Assembly (NCBI GenBank): GCA_964437545.1
Contig: CAYTHH010000002.1
Span: 1 to 60,754, forward strand
DNA from: an uncultured Candidatus Saccharibacteria bacterium
GTDB taxonomy: Bacteria; Patescibacteriota; Minisyncoccia; Minisyncoccales; GWA2-46-15
Length of the DNA stretch: 60,754 bases
Direction of reading: 5' to 3'
Shown here: one piece after another, positions 25,274-34,877 of the stretch
Layout: each line of letters starts with the position of its first letter
Position numbering within the stretch: position 1 is the stretch's first letter
Program-made: the position numbers and the translations under genes
The notes under the pieces: model-generated
Told to the model about the DNA's origin: nothing
What the model saw: the letters and a program-made list of their open reading frames with translations, nothing else
The model's database searches: none

Positions 25274-26907
25274 ATTTTGCTTTTTTCTATCTTTCTTTGA
25301 TTTGGACATTTTGGTTTATTAGACAAGAAAAAATTGTCTTTTTTTACATTTACCTCTGGCAATTAAAAGAATATCACTGGGGCAGGTTTATTGACCACTT
25401 TAGAACTGAAAAGGGCAGGAGATTAATTTTTCATCCTCTTAATATCGCCAAGTTTGCAATATTCCTTAGTTACTGGCCGGCTACCGCCTATTTTAAGATT
25501 ACTTTCATTTGGTCAAGTTTAATCTTTGCTGTCTATGGTCTGGAATTTCTAATAATATTAAGAGATTTGAATAACCGAACATTTAAAAAACCTGTTCTTA
25601 CTTTAAAAACGAAATTTTTAACAATTGTTATTTCTCTGATCCTTCTGGCAGTTCTAATCTACACTTTTCTAGTTGAAATTGTTTTAACTGGTTTTACCGC
25701 TGGTTTGCCCTTAAGTCCCATTTTTGTTCTTTTGTTAATTGATGTCCTATCGCCAATTATTATCTCTGCATTTGTTCTAATCCTCCAGCCTCTATCACTA
25801 ATTTATCAGCTGATTATCGTTGCCAAGGCAAAAAAGAAGCGCCTGAGATTTAAAAAATTGGTTGTTATCGGCATTACCGGTTCTTACGGTAAAACTTCAA
25901 CTAAGGAATTACTTTTTCATATTTTGTCAGAAAAGTTTAATGTTTTAAAAACTACTGACCACCAAAACTCGGAAATTGGCATTGCCCACTGTATCTTAAA
26001 CAATTTAAAGCCCGAACATCAGGTTTTTGTCTGTGAAATGGGAGCCTATAATAAAGGAAAGATAAGTCAAGTAGCTAATATGGCTCAGCCTAAAATCAGT
26101 CTTATCACCGGCGTCAATCAACAACATTTGGCTCTTTTCGGGTCAATGAAAAACTTGATTTCAGCTGAAGGAGGCAAAGAACTCTTGAAAAGCTTACCCG
26201 AGGAAGGGATTGGTATTTTTAATTATGATAACCGAATTATTAAGGAATTGAGACCTGAGATTGAAAAAGAAAATCCTAAGATAAAAACCTTGTTTTGTTC
26301 CACAACAACAGATATTAAAAACATTAAGGTCAATAAGGATTGGCTTTCTTTTAATATTGATGCGACTGAATTCAGGGTTAATCTGATTGGAAAGCAAAAC
26401 ATTGAAAATTTATTACTAGCTATTACTGCCGCCAAGAAATTGGGGATGACAACGGAAAAAATTTCCACGGCTTTAGAAAAAATTAAACCGGGAACGGGAA
26501 GCATGAAAATTGTCAAAGGAAGTCAACAAACAGACATTATTGATTCAACCTATTCTGCCAATCCGGATGGAGTCTTGGCTTCTTTAGAGCATTTAAAAAT
26601 TTGGCCGGATAAAAAAATAGTTATTATGCCATCTCTGATTGAATTAGGTGCGGCTTCAAAACAAATTCATTACGAAATTGGAAAGAAAATTGGAAAAATA
26701 TGCGACTTAGCTATAATTGTCACCAAAGACAGATTTAAAGAATTGCAAAAAGGAGCAATTTCAGTTGGCCTTAAACCTGAACAAATAATATTCTCTGAAA
26801 ACCCTAAACAAATAGCTGAGAAATTAAAAGGTTTTTATGGACCCAATAATGTAATTCTCTTGGAAGGAAGGTTACCGAAAATATTGTTAAATTTGATCTT
26901 AAAATGA
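25270..26907 (+). CDS. murF: MurF-type Mur ligase fused to a polytopic N-terminal membrane domain of about 190 aa
   Basis: GITGSYGKTSTKE P-loop and DSTYSANPDG, typical of MurF. Residues 1-190 are hydrophobic helices instead of the usual soluble N-domain. Confidence 0.75.
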   Translation: MNFAFFYLSLIWTFWFIRQEKIVFFYIYLWQLKEYHWGRFIDHFRTEKGRRLIFHPLNIAKFAIFLSYWPATAYFKITFIWSSLIFAVYGLEFLIILRDLNNRTFKKPVLTLKTKFLTIVISLILLAVLIYTFLVEIVLTGFTAGLPLSPIFVLLLIDVLSPIIISAFVLILQPLSLIYQLIIVAKAKKKRLRFKKLVVIGITGSYGKTSTKELLFHILSEKFNVLKTTDHQNSEIGIAHCILNNLKPEHQVFVCEMGAYNKGKISQVANMAQPKISLITGVNQQHLALFGSMKNLISAEGGKELLKSLPEEGIGIFNYDNRIIKELRPEIEKENPKIKTLFCSTTTDIKNIKVNKDWLSFNIDATEFRVNLIGKQNIENLLLAITAAKKLGMTTEKISTALEKIKPGTGSMKIVKGSQQTDIIDSTYSANPDGVLASLEHLKIWPDKKIVIMPSLIELGAASKQIHYEIGKKIGKICDLAIIVTKDRFKELQKGAISVGLKPEQIIFSENPKQIAEKLKGFYGPNNVILLEGRLPKILLNLILK

Positions 26908-28205
26908 AAAAACCTATTCTCATTTCTCTTTCTCCTAATGCTCAAAAAGACGATGTTATTCTGGCATTGAAGCTAATTTTCCAACCCTGGAAATGGAAAA
27001 ATAACAGAAAATCGACGATCGTCGAAAATCCGTTAAGTTTGCTTGAAGAAAAATTTAAAGAATACTTACCAATAAAACATGGCTTTACTTTTAATAGCGG
27101 CCGAAGTGCTTTTTTCGGAATCCTAAAAAGTTTAGATATAGAACAAGGGGAAGTCCTGTTGCAAGCTTTTACCTGTAGTGCTGCCGTTAATCCGATCGTT
27201 AAGGCTGGGTTTAAGCCTGTTTTTGTTGATATTGATAAGAATACTTTGAATATTGATACAACCGACCTTGAAGCTAAAATCTCAAATCGAAGCCGGATCG
27301 TTCTGGTCCAGCATACCTTCGGCCAACCAGCTGATTTAGAGCAAATATTAACTCTTTGTCAAAAATACAGCTTAATTTTAATTGAAGACTGCGCCCATTC
27401 TTTAGGAGCAAGTTACTATAATCAAAAATTGGGCCTGCCCACCGACTCGGCCTCAGCGAAAGTGGGAACTTTTGCCAAAGCTGCCTTTTTCAGCTTTGGC
27501 AGAGACAAGGTAATTTCTTCTGTTTTTGGGGGCATGGCCGTAACTGATGACGATGAATTGGCAAAAAAGCTAGAAGAATATCAAGCAAGCCTTAATTATC
27601 CTACCCGGCTTTGGACTTGCCAGCAATTACTCCACCCAATCCTGAATAAATTCTTTGTCATTCCTTTTTACGGATTCTTTGGAATAGGGAAGTGGATTTT
27701 AATTCTCTTGCAAAAGCTCAACTTTCTTTCAAAAGCCGTTAAAGATAAAGAAAAACAAGGACTGATGCCCGACAATCTTATTAAAAGAATGCCTGATAAA
27801 TTAGCTCTCTTGGCTTTAAATCAATTTAATAAGCTGGAAAATATTTTAAATCATCAAAAGGAGATTGCTAATTTTTACCAGGAAAACCTTAAAAACCTTA
27901 ATTTTATCCTGCCAAATTCAGATCCCCAAAGAATTTATATGAGATATTCTGTTTTATTAAAAAGCCAAGATCCTGATAAAATTTTAAAAAGAGCCCGACG
28001 GCAAAATATTTTCCTTGATGACGGCTGGAGAAAAACCGCTATTGTTCCTCCGGACAGCAACCAAGAAAAATTGGGTTACCAGATCAATTCTTGCCCTCAT
28101 GCTGAAATAGTTGCCAAAAAAATATTAAATCTGCCGACTCATATTAATATATCAAAAGAAGACGCCGGCAAAATTGTTGATCTCTTAAAAAAAGATGGAA
28201 ATTAG
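26904..28205 (+). CDS. DegT/DnrJ/EryC1/StrS-family PLP-dependent aminotransferase-like protein
   Basis: Fold-type I sugar aminotransferase pattern (LIEDCAHSLGA, FFSFGRDKVISS with candidate PLP Lys). Confidence 0.7.
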   Translation: MKKPILISLSPNAQKDDVILALKLIFQPWKWKNNRKSTIVENPLSLLEEKFKEYLPIKHGFTFNSGRSAFFGILKSLDIEQGEVLLQAFTCSAAVNPIVKAGFKPVFVDIDKNTLNIDTTDLEAKISNRSRIVLVQHTFGQPADLEQILTLCQKYSLILIEDCAHSLGASYYNQKLGLPTDSASAKVGTFAKAAFFSFGRDKVISSVFGGMAVTDDDELAKKLEEYQASLNYPTRLWTCQQLLHPILNKFFVIPFYGFFGIGKWILILLQKLNFLSKAVKDKEKQGLMPDNLIKRMPDKLALLALNQFNKLENILNHQKEIANFYQENLKNLNFILPNSDPQRIYMRYSVLLKSQDPDKILKRARRQNIFLDDGWRKTAIVPPDSNQEKLGYQINSCPHAEIVAKKILNLPTHINISKEDAGKIVDLLKKDGN

Positions 28206-29220
28206 AATAATTGAAAACAGGGAAGTTTGGGAAAGCTTTTTGTCTCAATGTCGGCAAAAAAGCTTTTTGCAATCTTGGAGTTGGGGAAAATTCAGTAAGT
28301 TAATGGATGAAAAAATTTGGAGATTCGGAATTTTCAAAAATCAAGAACTGGTGGCCATAGCATTAGTCGAAAAGAAAATAGCTAAAAGGGGAACATTTTT
28401 GCTGGTTCCTCACGGGCCAGTCATAAAAGATTTTTCCAACACTATTAATATTCTTAAAATTTTATCTAAAAGATTGAAAGAATTAGCCATTGAAGAAAAA
28501 GCTATTTTTGCTAGGATAAATCCGATTTCAGAAAGAAATAAAGCCAATATTAAAATCTTTAAAGAGCTTGGTTTCAGAAACGCTCCCTTGCAAATGCATC
28601 CTGAAGCCAGTTGGAAACTCAACCTTGAACCGACCGAGACAGAGCTTTGGTCTGAAATGCGTAAAACTACAAAATACCTTATCAGACAGGGGCAAAAAAA
28701 CCAAGATATTATTATTTCGAAAAGTACTAACGTTGAAGACATCAAGCTTTTTAGTAAGTTCCATAACTTGGTTTCAAAAAGGCAAAATTTTATCCCGTTT
28801 TCGCTTGAATATCTTGAAAAAGAATTTAAGGCTTTTAATCAAGAAAGTGAAGTTTGCCTGTTCTTTGCTAATTATCGAGGCGAAGTGGCGGCCGGCGCCT
28901 TTGTCATTTTCTGGTCTGGAATAGGTTTTTATCACCACGCCATTTCCGAACCCAAGTTTGCGAAACTCTCTATACCTTACCGACTGCTTTGGGAAATAAT
29001 CAGAGAAGCAAAAAAACGCGGCTGTGTTCTTTATGATTTCTGGGGATTTGTCGATCCTAAAAAACAGCCTCGTCATCCCTGGGCTGGACCAACTTTGTTT
29101 AAAATGGGTTTTGGCGGCCAGGCCTATGAATATGTTAAAACCCAGGATCTAATAATTTCAAACAAATATTGGCTAACTTACGCTTTTGAGAAAGCTAGAA
29201 AATTAAAACGCCGCCTTTAA
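28195..29220 (+). CDS. FemAB-family peptidoglycan interpeptide-bridge peptidyltransferase
   Basis: FLQSWSWGKF..., LWEIIREAKKRGCVLYDFWG and GPTLFKMGFGG, typical of the FemABX / lipid II peptidyltransferase family. Confidence 0.8.
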   Translation: MEIRIIENREVWESFLSQCRQKSFLQSWSWGKFSKLMDEKIWRFGIFKNQELVAIALVEKKIAKRGTFLLVPHGPVIKDFSNTINILKILSKRLKELAIEEKAIFARINPISERNKANIKIFKELGFRNAPLQMHPEASWKLNLEPTETELWSEMRKTTKYLIRQGQKNQDIIISKSTNVEDIKLFSKFHNLVSKRQNFIPFSLEYLEKEFKAFNQESEVCLFFANYRGEVAAGAFVIFWSGIGFYHHAISEPKFAKLSIPYRLLWEIIREAKKRGCVLYDFWGFVDPKKQPRHPWAGPTLFKMGFGGQAYEYVKTQDLIISNKYWLTYAFEKARKLKRRL

Positions 29221-29226
29221 AAGATT

Positions 29227-30018
29227 ATGAAAAGATCAAAAAAGAGATATCGCATCAAAAAGAAAAAATCTATTCTCAGGAACAAGCTGTTTCAAATTGC
29301 CGTCTTAATAGTTTTACTATCAAGTTTCTTTTCTTGGCTGATCATTTTTGCGCCACTCTTTCAAGTTAGAATGGTCTCGATTTCTGGAAATAAAAGAATA
29401 AACGTCAGCGACATTGAACAATTGGTTTATCCTGAAACAGAAAAGAAGCTTCTCTTTTTAAAAAGTCAAAGTATTTTTTTAACTAAGTCCGAATTGATTA
29501 AAGCTAAAATTCTAGAAAACTATCCTCTTATTGATGATCTAAAAATAAAAAAACTGTTTCCTAATTCTTTATTGATTGAAATCATCGAAAGACAAAGACT
29601 GGCTCGATGGTCTGGCACAGAAAAATACTTCTACATAGATAAAAAGGGGATTGCTTTTGAAGAAGCTGATGAACAGTCAAGGGCAGATTTATTAATCGCC
29701 TCAAAGCAGTTTCAGGGAGAAATTTCATTGACTAATAGAGTAATCGAAGAAAAAAATCTTTCTCAAATCATAAATATTAAAGAAACAATTGAAACTAAAA
29801 CTGGGGTTAAGGCCGAAGAATTCATTCTTTTTGAAAGTGAGGCCCGGCTTAATGTTAAAACTGCTGAAGGCTGGGAAATATACTTTTACCTAGAAGGGGA
29901 TGTAAATTGGCAATTGATTGAACTAGAATTAATACTAGAAAAGCAATTACCAATAGAAAGGAGGCAACAAGGTCTTGAATATATTGATTTAAGATTCAGT
30001 AAAACTTACTACCAATAA
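29227..30018 (+). CDS. ftsQ: cell division protein FtsQ/DivIB-like (POTRA)
   Basis: Basic N-terminus, single TM, then a POTRA-like VSISGNKRI segment. Confidence 0.6.
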   Translation: MKRSKKRYRIKKKKSILRNKLFQIAVLIVLLSSFFSWLIIFAPLFQVRMVSISGNKRINVSDIEQLVYPETEKKLLFLKSQSIFLTKSELIKAKILENYPLIDDLKIKKLFPNSLLIEIIERQRLARWSGTEKYFYIDKKGIAFEEADEQSRADLLIASKQFQGEISLTNRVIEEKNLSQIINIKETIETKTGVKAEEFILFESEARLNVKTAEGWEIYFYLEGDVNWQLIELELILEKQLPIERRQQGLEYIDLRFSKTYYQ

Positions 30019-30027
30019 AATAACGAA

Positions 30028-30054
30028 TTAGCAATCTAAGCTCTTGACTGCTAA
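30028..30054. promoter_or_regulatory. CIRCE-like HrcA operator
   Basis: TTAGCAATC-N9-GACTGCTAA versus the CIRCE consensus TTAGCACTC-N9-GAGTGCTAA. It overlaps a TTGACT -35 and lies directly upstream of hrcA. Confidence 0.6.
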
Positions 30055-30069
30055 TCTAGTTTTGTTAAA

Positions 30070-30777
30070 ATGAATATTATGCCAATTACCGAAAGGCAAA
30101 AATCAATATTAGAAAAGATCATTGAGGAATATATTGACTTGGCAACCCCAATTTCTTCGCAACGACTTTGCCAAAGGTATGACTTTTCCATTTGCCCAGC
30201 CTCATTAAGAATTGAAATGGATAGGCTAACCAAACAAGGCTTTCTTGAACAGCCTTTTATTTCTTCAGGCCGAATTCCAACCGATAAAGCTTACCGCTTT
30301 TTCGTTGATATTTTTTTAAGGAATAAGAAAAAAGCAGATGAAAATGATCTTTTAAAAAGTTTTGAAAAAACAAAAGAAGAAATAACTAATTCTCTCAATC
30401 TTTTGCACTCTCTGACTAAGGCGATTTCTGAAATGACTTCGAATCTGGCTATCGGCTATCTTCCTAATAAGAAGCTTATCTTCAAAGAAGGTTGGAGCGA
30501 GATTGCCAAAGAGCCTGAGTTTATGAATATTAAAAAATTCGCTGATTTTATAGAATTAATTGAAAATTGGGAACAAGATATTTTCCAAGAAAAAAACTGG
30601 CCCGAAACCATGAAAATCTGGATTGGCAAAGAAAATCCCTATACTAAATCTGACGATTTTAGCGCTATTTCCTGCCAATGTTTTTTTCCAGACGGAGAAA
30701 TGGGAATTATGACTATTTTTGGACCAAAAAGAATGGCTTATAATAGAAATATTAATGTTTTAAGCTTGCTTAAATAA
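30070..30777 (+). CDS. hrcA: heat-inducible transcription repressor HrcA (short form, 235 aa)
   Basis: N-terminal winged helix (TERQKSILEKIIEEYIDLATPISSQRL...GRIPTDKAYRFFVD), followed by grpE-dnaK-dnaJ. Confidence 0.8.
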   Translation: MNIMPITERQKSILEKIIEEYIDLATPISSQRLCQRYDFSICPASLRIEMDRLTKQGFLEQPFISSGRIPTDKAYRFFVDIFLRNKKKADENDLLKSFEKTKEEITNSLNLLHSLTKAISEMTSNLAIGYLPNKKLIFKEGWSEIAKEPEFMNIKKFADFIELIENWEQDIFQEKNWPETMKIWIGKENPYTKSDDFSAISCQCFFPDGEMGIMTIFGPKRMAYNRNINVLSLLK

Positions 30778-30897
30778 ATATAATAGAAATATTAATGTTT
30801 TAAGCTTGCTTAAATAAATATAATAGAAATATTAATGTTTTAAACTGTTTAAATAAATACAATAGAAATATTAAAGTTTTAAATTTTTTAAATAAAA
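30741..30897. repeat. 40-bp tandem repeat that duplicates the hrcA 3' end (2 perfect and 2 degenerate copies)
   Basis: TAATAGAAATATTAATGTTTTAAGCTTGCTTAAATAAATA at 30741 (inside hrcA, includes its stop) and at 30781. Degenerate copies at 30821 and about 30860. Confidence 0.9.
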
Positions 30898-30900
30898 AAA

Positions 30901-31392
30901 ATGGCATCTGAACAACTTCCGAAATCAGTTAACAATTTAGAAGAACAGCTAACAGAGCTGGCAAAACAAAAGCAAGAATATCTGGCTGGCTGGCAAAGAT
31001 CAAGGGCAGACTTCTTAAACTATAAAAAGGAAGAAATAAAAAGATTTGAGAAAATTATTAATTTTGCTAATCAGGGGATGATTTTAAAAGTCTTGCCTTT
31101 ACTCGATAACCTTTATCTGGCAGAGAAAAACTTGCCTGAGAATCTGAAAAAAAATCAATATGTTCAAGGGCTATTGCAGATAAAAATTCAACTGGAAAAC
31201 CTTTTAAAGAATCAGGGTGTTGAACCTTTAGAAGTTATCGGCAAGCAGTTTGACCCTCAATTCCATGAAGTTGTTGAGGAAATAGAGTCAGACAAGGAAA
31301 TAGGGATTATTGTCGAAGAGATTCAAAAAGGATATTTAATTAATCAAAACCTTTTGAGACCAGCTAAAGTGAGGGTTTCTAAAAATAAATAA
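30901..31392 (+). CDS. grpE: nucleotide exchange factor GrpE
   Basis: Coiled coil plus RSRADFLNYKKE motif. Operon position. Confidence 0.9.
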   Translation: MASEQLPKSVNNLEEQLTELAKQKQEYLAGWQRSRADFLNYKKEEIKRFEKIINFANQGMILKVLPLLDNLYLAEKNLPENLKKNQYVQGLLQIKIQLENLLKNQGVEPLEVIGKQFDPQFHEVVEEIESDKEIGIIVEEIQKGYLINQNLLRPAKVRVSKNK

Positions 31393-31457
31393 TTAATAAC
31401 AAACTAAAAGTTTGCTATACCGAATCTTTAATTCGCTATAACAAAAAATAAAAAACT

Positions 31458-33407
31458 ATGGCAAAAATATTAGGCATTGACCTGGGAACAACTTATTCAG
31501 CTATGGCCGTCATCGAAGGCGGCGAACCCAAAATCATTGAGAGCAAAGAAGGAGCCAGGATTACCCCCTCGGTCGTTTCTTTAACTAAAACCGGAGAAAG
31601 GCTAGTAGGCATTGTTGCTAAAAGACAAGCAGTCACTAATCACCAAAACACTATTTATTCGATTAAAAGACTGATTGGCAGGAAATTTACCGATCCTGAG
31701 GTTCAAAGAGATAAAAAGCTTTTACCTTATGAAATCAAAGAATCTTCAGACGGCGGCGTTGAAGTTAAGATGGGCCGCTGGTTTAAACCCCCGGAAATCT
31801 CGGCCATGATCCTGCAAAAATTAAAGCAAGACGCTGAAACTAAACTGGGCGAAAAAATTACTGAAGCAATTATTACTTGCCCGGCCTACTTTGATGACTC
31901 CCAAAGAAAAGCAACTAAAGTAGCTGGTGAAATTGCCGGCTTTAAAGTCAAAAGAGTTATTAATGAACCAACCGCCGCAGCTCTAGCTTACGGCCTGACT
32001 AAAAAGAATGACCAACAGATTGTTGTTTATGACTTTGGCGGCGGCACTTTTGATATTTCCATTCTTAACGTTACTTCAGACACAGTTGAAGTTAAAGCTA
32101 CGGGAGGAGACACTCACTTAGGCGGAGATGACTTTGATCAAAAGATAATTGACTGGTTAGTGAAGAACTTTCAAAAGGATCAGGGTATTGACCTTAGTAA
32201 AGATTCTTTAGCTATTCAAAGATTGAAAGAAGCAGCTGAAAAAGCAAAGATTGAATTGTCTTCAAGCCAGGAAACCGAGATTAATCTGCCATTTATCACC
32301 TCTGGTCAATCAGGACCCCAGCATCTCTATTACAAGCTGACCCGTTCTGAACTGGAAAACTTGGTCAGGGAATATATTGATAAATCAATCGACCTGATTA
32401 AGCAAACCATGAAAGAGGCTGGACTAGAACCAAAAGATATCGAAGAAATAGTTTTAGTCGGTGGCCAAACCAGAATGCCGGCAATGCAAGAAGCTGTTAA
32501 AAACTTCTTTGGCAAAGAAGCTAATAAAACCATTAATCCAGACGAGGTCGTCGCTATTGGTGCTGCTGTTCAGGCCGGTATTCTGCAGGGAGAAGTTAAG
32601 GATGTGCTGCTTTTAGATGTCACGCCTTTGTCTTTAGGGATTGAAACTTTTGGGCAGGTCAATACTGTCTTGATTGCCAAAAACATGACCATCCCGACCT
32701 CAAAAACCCAGGTATTCTCAACTGCAGCTGATAATCAAACTTCTGTTGAGGTTCATGTCTTGCAGGGAGAGAGACCCATGGCTTACGATAATAAGTCTCT
32801 GGGCAGATTTATCTTAGACGGCATTCCGCCTGCTCCCAGAGGCATTCCCCAAATTGAAGTTATTTTTGACATTGACGCTAATGGCATTTTAAACGTCACT
32901 GCCAAGGACAAAGCTACTAATAAAACTCAGTCGGTTAGAATTGAGGGTTCCACTGGATTATCAAAAGAAGAGGTTGAAAAAATGAAAAAAGAAGCCGAGG
33001 TTCATGCTGTCGAAGATAAAAAGAAGCAAGAAATAATTGAGGCCAAAAACTTGGCCAATAGCTTAATTTATACCAGCGAGAAAACTATTAGAGAACTAGG
33101 CGATAAAATCTCGGCTGAAACAAAAAAAGAAGTTGAGGACAAGGCCGAAAGCTTGAAAAAAGAAATGGCTGGCGACAATCTTGAGGAGATAAAAGCTAAA
33201 ACCCAAGATTTATCCCAAAGTCTTCAAAAAATCGGCAGCCAAGCCTATAGCCAAGCTCAAGAAGAAAAGAAAGGCCAGGAAGAAGCTCCAAAAACCCAAG
33301 AGGCCGAGTATAAGCCTAAAGCAGAAGAGGCCGGACATGAACCAAAAACAGGACAGGACAAAAACGAGCCTAAGGCTGAAGAAGGCGAGTCTAAAGAAAA
33401 AGAATAA
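31458..33407 (+). CDS. dnaK: molecular chaperone DnaK (Hsp70)
   Basis: [17 protein letters not shown] and [10 protein letters not shown] signatures. Confidence 0.98.
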   Translation: MAKILGIDLGTTYSAMAVIEGGEPKIIESKEGARITPSVVSLTKTGERLVGIVAKRQAVTNHQNTIYSIKRLIGRKFTDPEVQRDKKLLPYEIKESSDGGVEVKMGRWFKPPEISAMILQKLKQDAETKLGEKITEAIITCPAYFDDSQRKATKVAGEIAGFKVKRVINEPTAAALAYGLTKKNDQQIVVYDFGGGTFDISILNVTSDTVEVKATGGDTHLGGDDFDQKIIDWLVKNFQKDQGIDLSKDSLAIQRLKEAAEKAKIELSSSQETEINLPFITSGQSGPQHLYYKLTRSELENLVREYIDKSIDLIKQTMKEAGLEPKDIEEIVLVGGQTRMPAMQEAVKNFFGKEANKTINPDEVVAIGAAVQAGILQGEVKDVLLLDVTPLSLGIETFGQVNTVLIAKNMTIPTSKTQVFSTAADNQTSVEVHVLQGERPMAYDNKSLGRFILDGIPPAPRGIPQIEVIFDIDANGILNVTAKDKATNKTQSVRIEGSTGLSKEEVEKMKKEAEVHAVEDKKKQEIIEAKNLANSLIYTSEKTIRELGDKISAETKKEVEDKAESLKKEMAGDNLEEIKAKTQDLSQSLQKIGSQAYSQAQEEKKGQEEAPKTQEAEYKPKAEEAGHEPKTGQDKNEPKAEEGESKEKE

Positions 33408-33416
33408 TAGCTAAGT

Positions 33417-34466
33417 ATGGCTAAAGACTATTATCAAATTCTCGGTGTTAATAAAAACTCCAATTCTGAAGAGATTAAAAAAGCTTATCATCGCTTAGCG
33501 CATAAACATCATCCTGATAAGGGTGGTAACGAAGCAAAATTCAAGGAGGTAAACGAAGCTTACCGAACTCTTTCAGATAAAAACAAGAGGGCTCAATACG
33601 ACCAGTTTGGCCAGGTTTTTTCCGCCTATGGCGGGGAAAATGCTGGCGGCGCTAACCAGTGGCATGATTTTGGTAATTTGGGAGATATTTTTGAAGAGTT
33701 TTTCGGCTTTGGCCAATCTAGAAGAAAATCTTCGAGAACCGGAAGAAATATTGAAGTCGCTATCCAAATGTCTTTAGAGGAAATCTTAAAAAGTCAGGAA
33801 AAAGAAATTACTTTAGAAAAGCTAGTTAAATGCCAGCGCTGCCAAGGATCTGGGGGAGAGCCCAACACTCAAATTAAAGAGTGTGTTACTTGCCGTGGTG
33901 CCGGCCAGGTTCAACAGCTCAAAAGAACTATCCTGGGTTCTTTCAGCAGTTATGTGACTTGTCCCGACTGCAAAGGTGAAGGTAAGAAACCGGAGAAACC
34001 ATGCAATGTCTGCAAAGGAGAGGGTCGCATAAAAAGCAAAGAAACTATTAAGATCTTTATTCCGGCTGGTGTTGATCAAAACCAATTGATTAAAATTGAG
34101 GGCGCTGGCGAGCAAGGCAAAAGAGGTGTCAAGGCCGGAGACCTGTACGTCAGGATTTTCCTTAAAGATCATCCTGTTTTTGAAAGAAGGGGAGACGATC
34201 TTTTGATGAAGCTGTTTTTAAATTTTTCCCAACTAGCAGCCGGAGACAATGTTGAAATTACTGATTTGGCTGGCAAGAAATTCATGGTTAAAATTCCGGC
34301 TGGATCTGAACCAAAGAAAATGCTAAGATTATCTGGAAAAGGCATTCCTCATTTCCAAGGATATGGCCAAGGAGATTTGTATGTTGGATTAGAGTTAAAA
34401 ATTCCTAAAAAACTGACTAGAAAACAAAAACAATTACTAGAACAGTTAAAAGAGGAAGGACTGTAA
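33417..34466 (+). CDS. dnaJ: molecular chaperone DnaJ
   Basis: J domain with HPD, G-rich linker, four CxxCxGxG zinc motifs. Confidence 0.96.
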   Translation: MAKDYYQILGVNKNSNSEEIKKAYHRLAHKHHPDKGGNEAKFKEVNEAYRTLSDKNKRAQYDQFGQVFSAYGGENAGGANQWHDFGNLGDIFEEFFGFGQSRRKSSRTGRNIEVAIQMSLEEILKSQEKEITLEKLVKCQRCQGSGGEPNTQIKECVTCRGAGQVQQLKRTILGSFSSYVTCPDCKGEGKKPEKPCNVCKGEGRIKSKETIKIFIPAGVDQNQLIKIEGAGEQGKRGVKAGDLYVRIFLKDHPVFERRGDDLLMKLFLNFSQLAAGDNVEITDLAGKKFMVKIPAGSEPKKMLRLSGKGIPHFQGYGQGDLYVGLELKIPKKLTRKQKQLLEQLKEEGL

Positions 34467-34566
34467 AAATTTTTAATTAACCTAATTTCTAATGTTAAAA
34501 ACAATTGGTCATTAGGATTTCATTAGATATTAGAATAATTAGTCATTAGTCGTTCGGAAAAAAAAC

Positions 34567-34639
34567 GCCCCCATAGCTCAATTGGTAGAGCAATTCCCTT
34601 TTAAGGAAGCGGTTGAAGGTTCGAGTCCTTCTGGGGGCA
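34567..34639 (+). tRNA. tRNA-Lys (anticodon UUU)
   Basis: Acceptor GCCCCCA/TGGGGGC, D arm GCTC-AATTGGTA-GAGC, anticodon arm ATTCC-CTTTTAA-GGAAG, T arm GAAGG-TTCGAGT-CCTTC. CCA is not encoded. Confidence 0.9.
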
Positions 34640-34702
34640 CTAATATTACCGAATTTTAAAGATATTTTTTGTTATTTCTTAGCGAGCATTAGCTTTGTAA
34701 GA

Positions 34703-34877
34703 GGACTCGAAAGCCGGACTGAGCGAAGCGAGGGAGGCGGGGTCGCGAGTCCCGCTGAAAGCGGGAACTTGTGTTCGAGTCCTTTGGACTCGAAAGCCGG
34801 ACTGAGCGAAGCGAGGGAGGCGGGGTCGCGAGTCCCGCTGAAAGCGGGAACTTGTGTTCGAGTCCTTCTGGGGGCAC
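34703..34877 (+). repeat. two 83-bp GC-rich tandem units ending in a duplicated tRNA-Lys 3' end
   Basis: Units start at 34703 and 34786 (GGACTCGAAAGCCGGACTGAGCGAAGCGAGGGAGGCGGGGTCGCGAGTCCCGCTGAAAGCGGGAACTTGTGTTCGAGTCCT). Positions 34856-34877 are identical to tRNA-Lys 34619-34640. A third partial unit start is at 34946. Confidence 0.9.
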
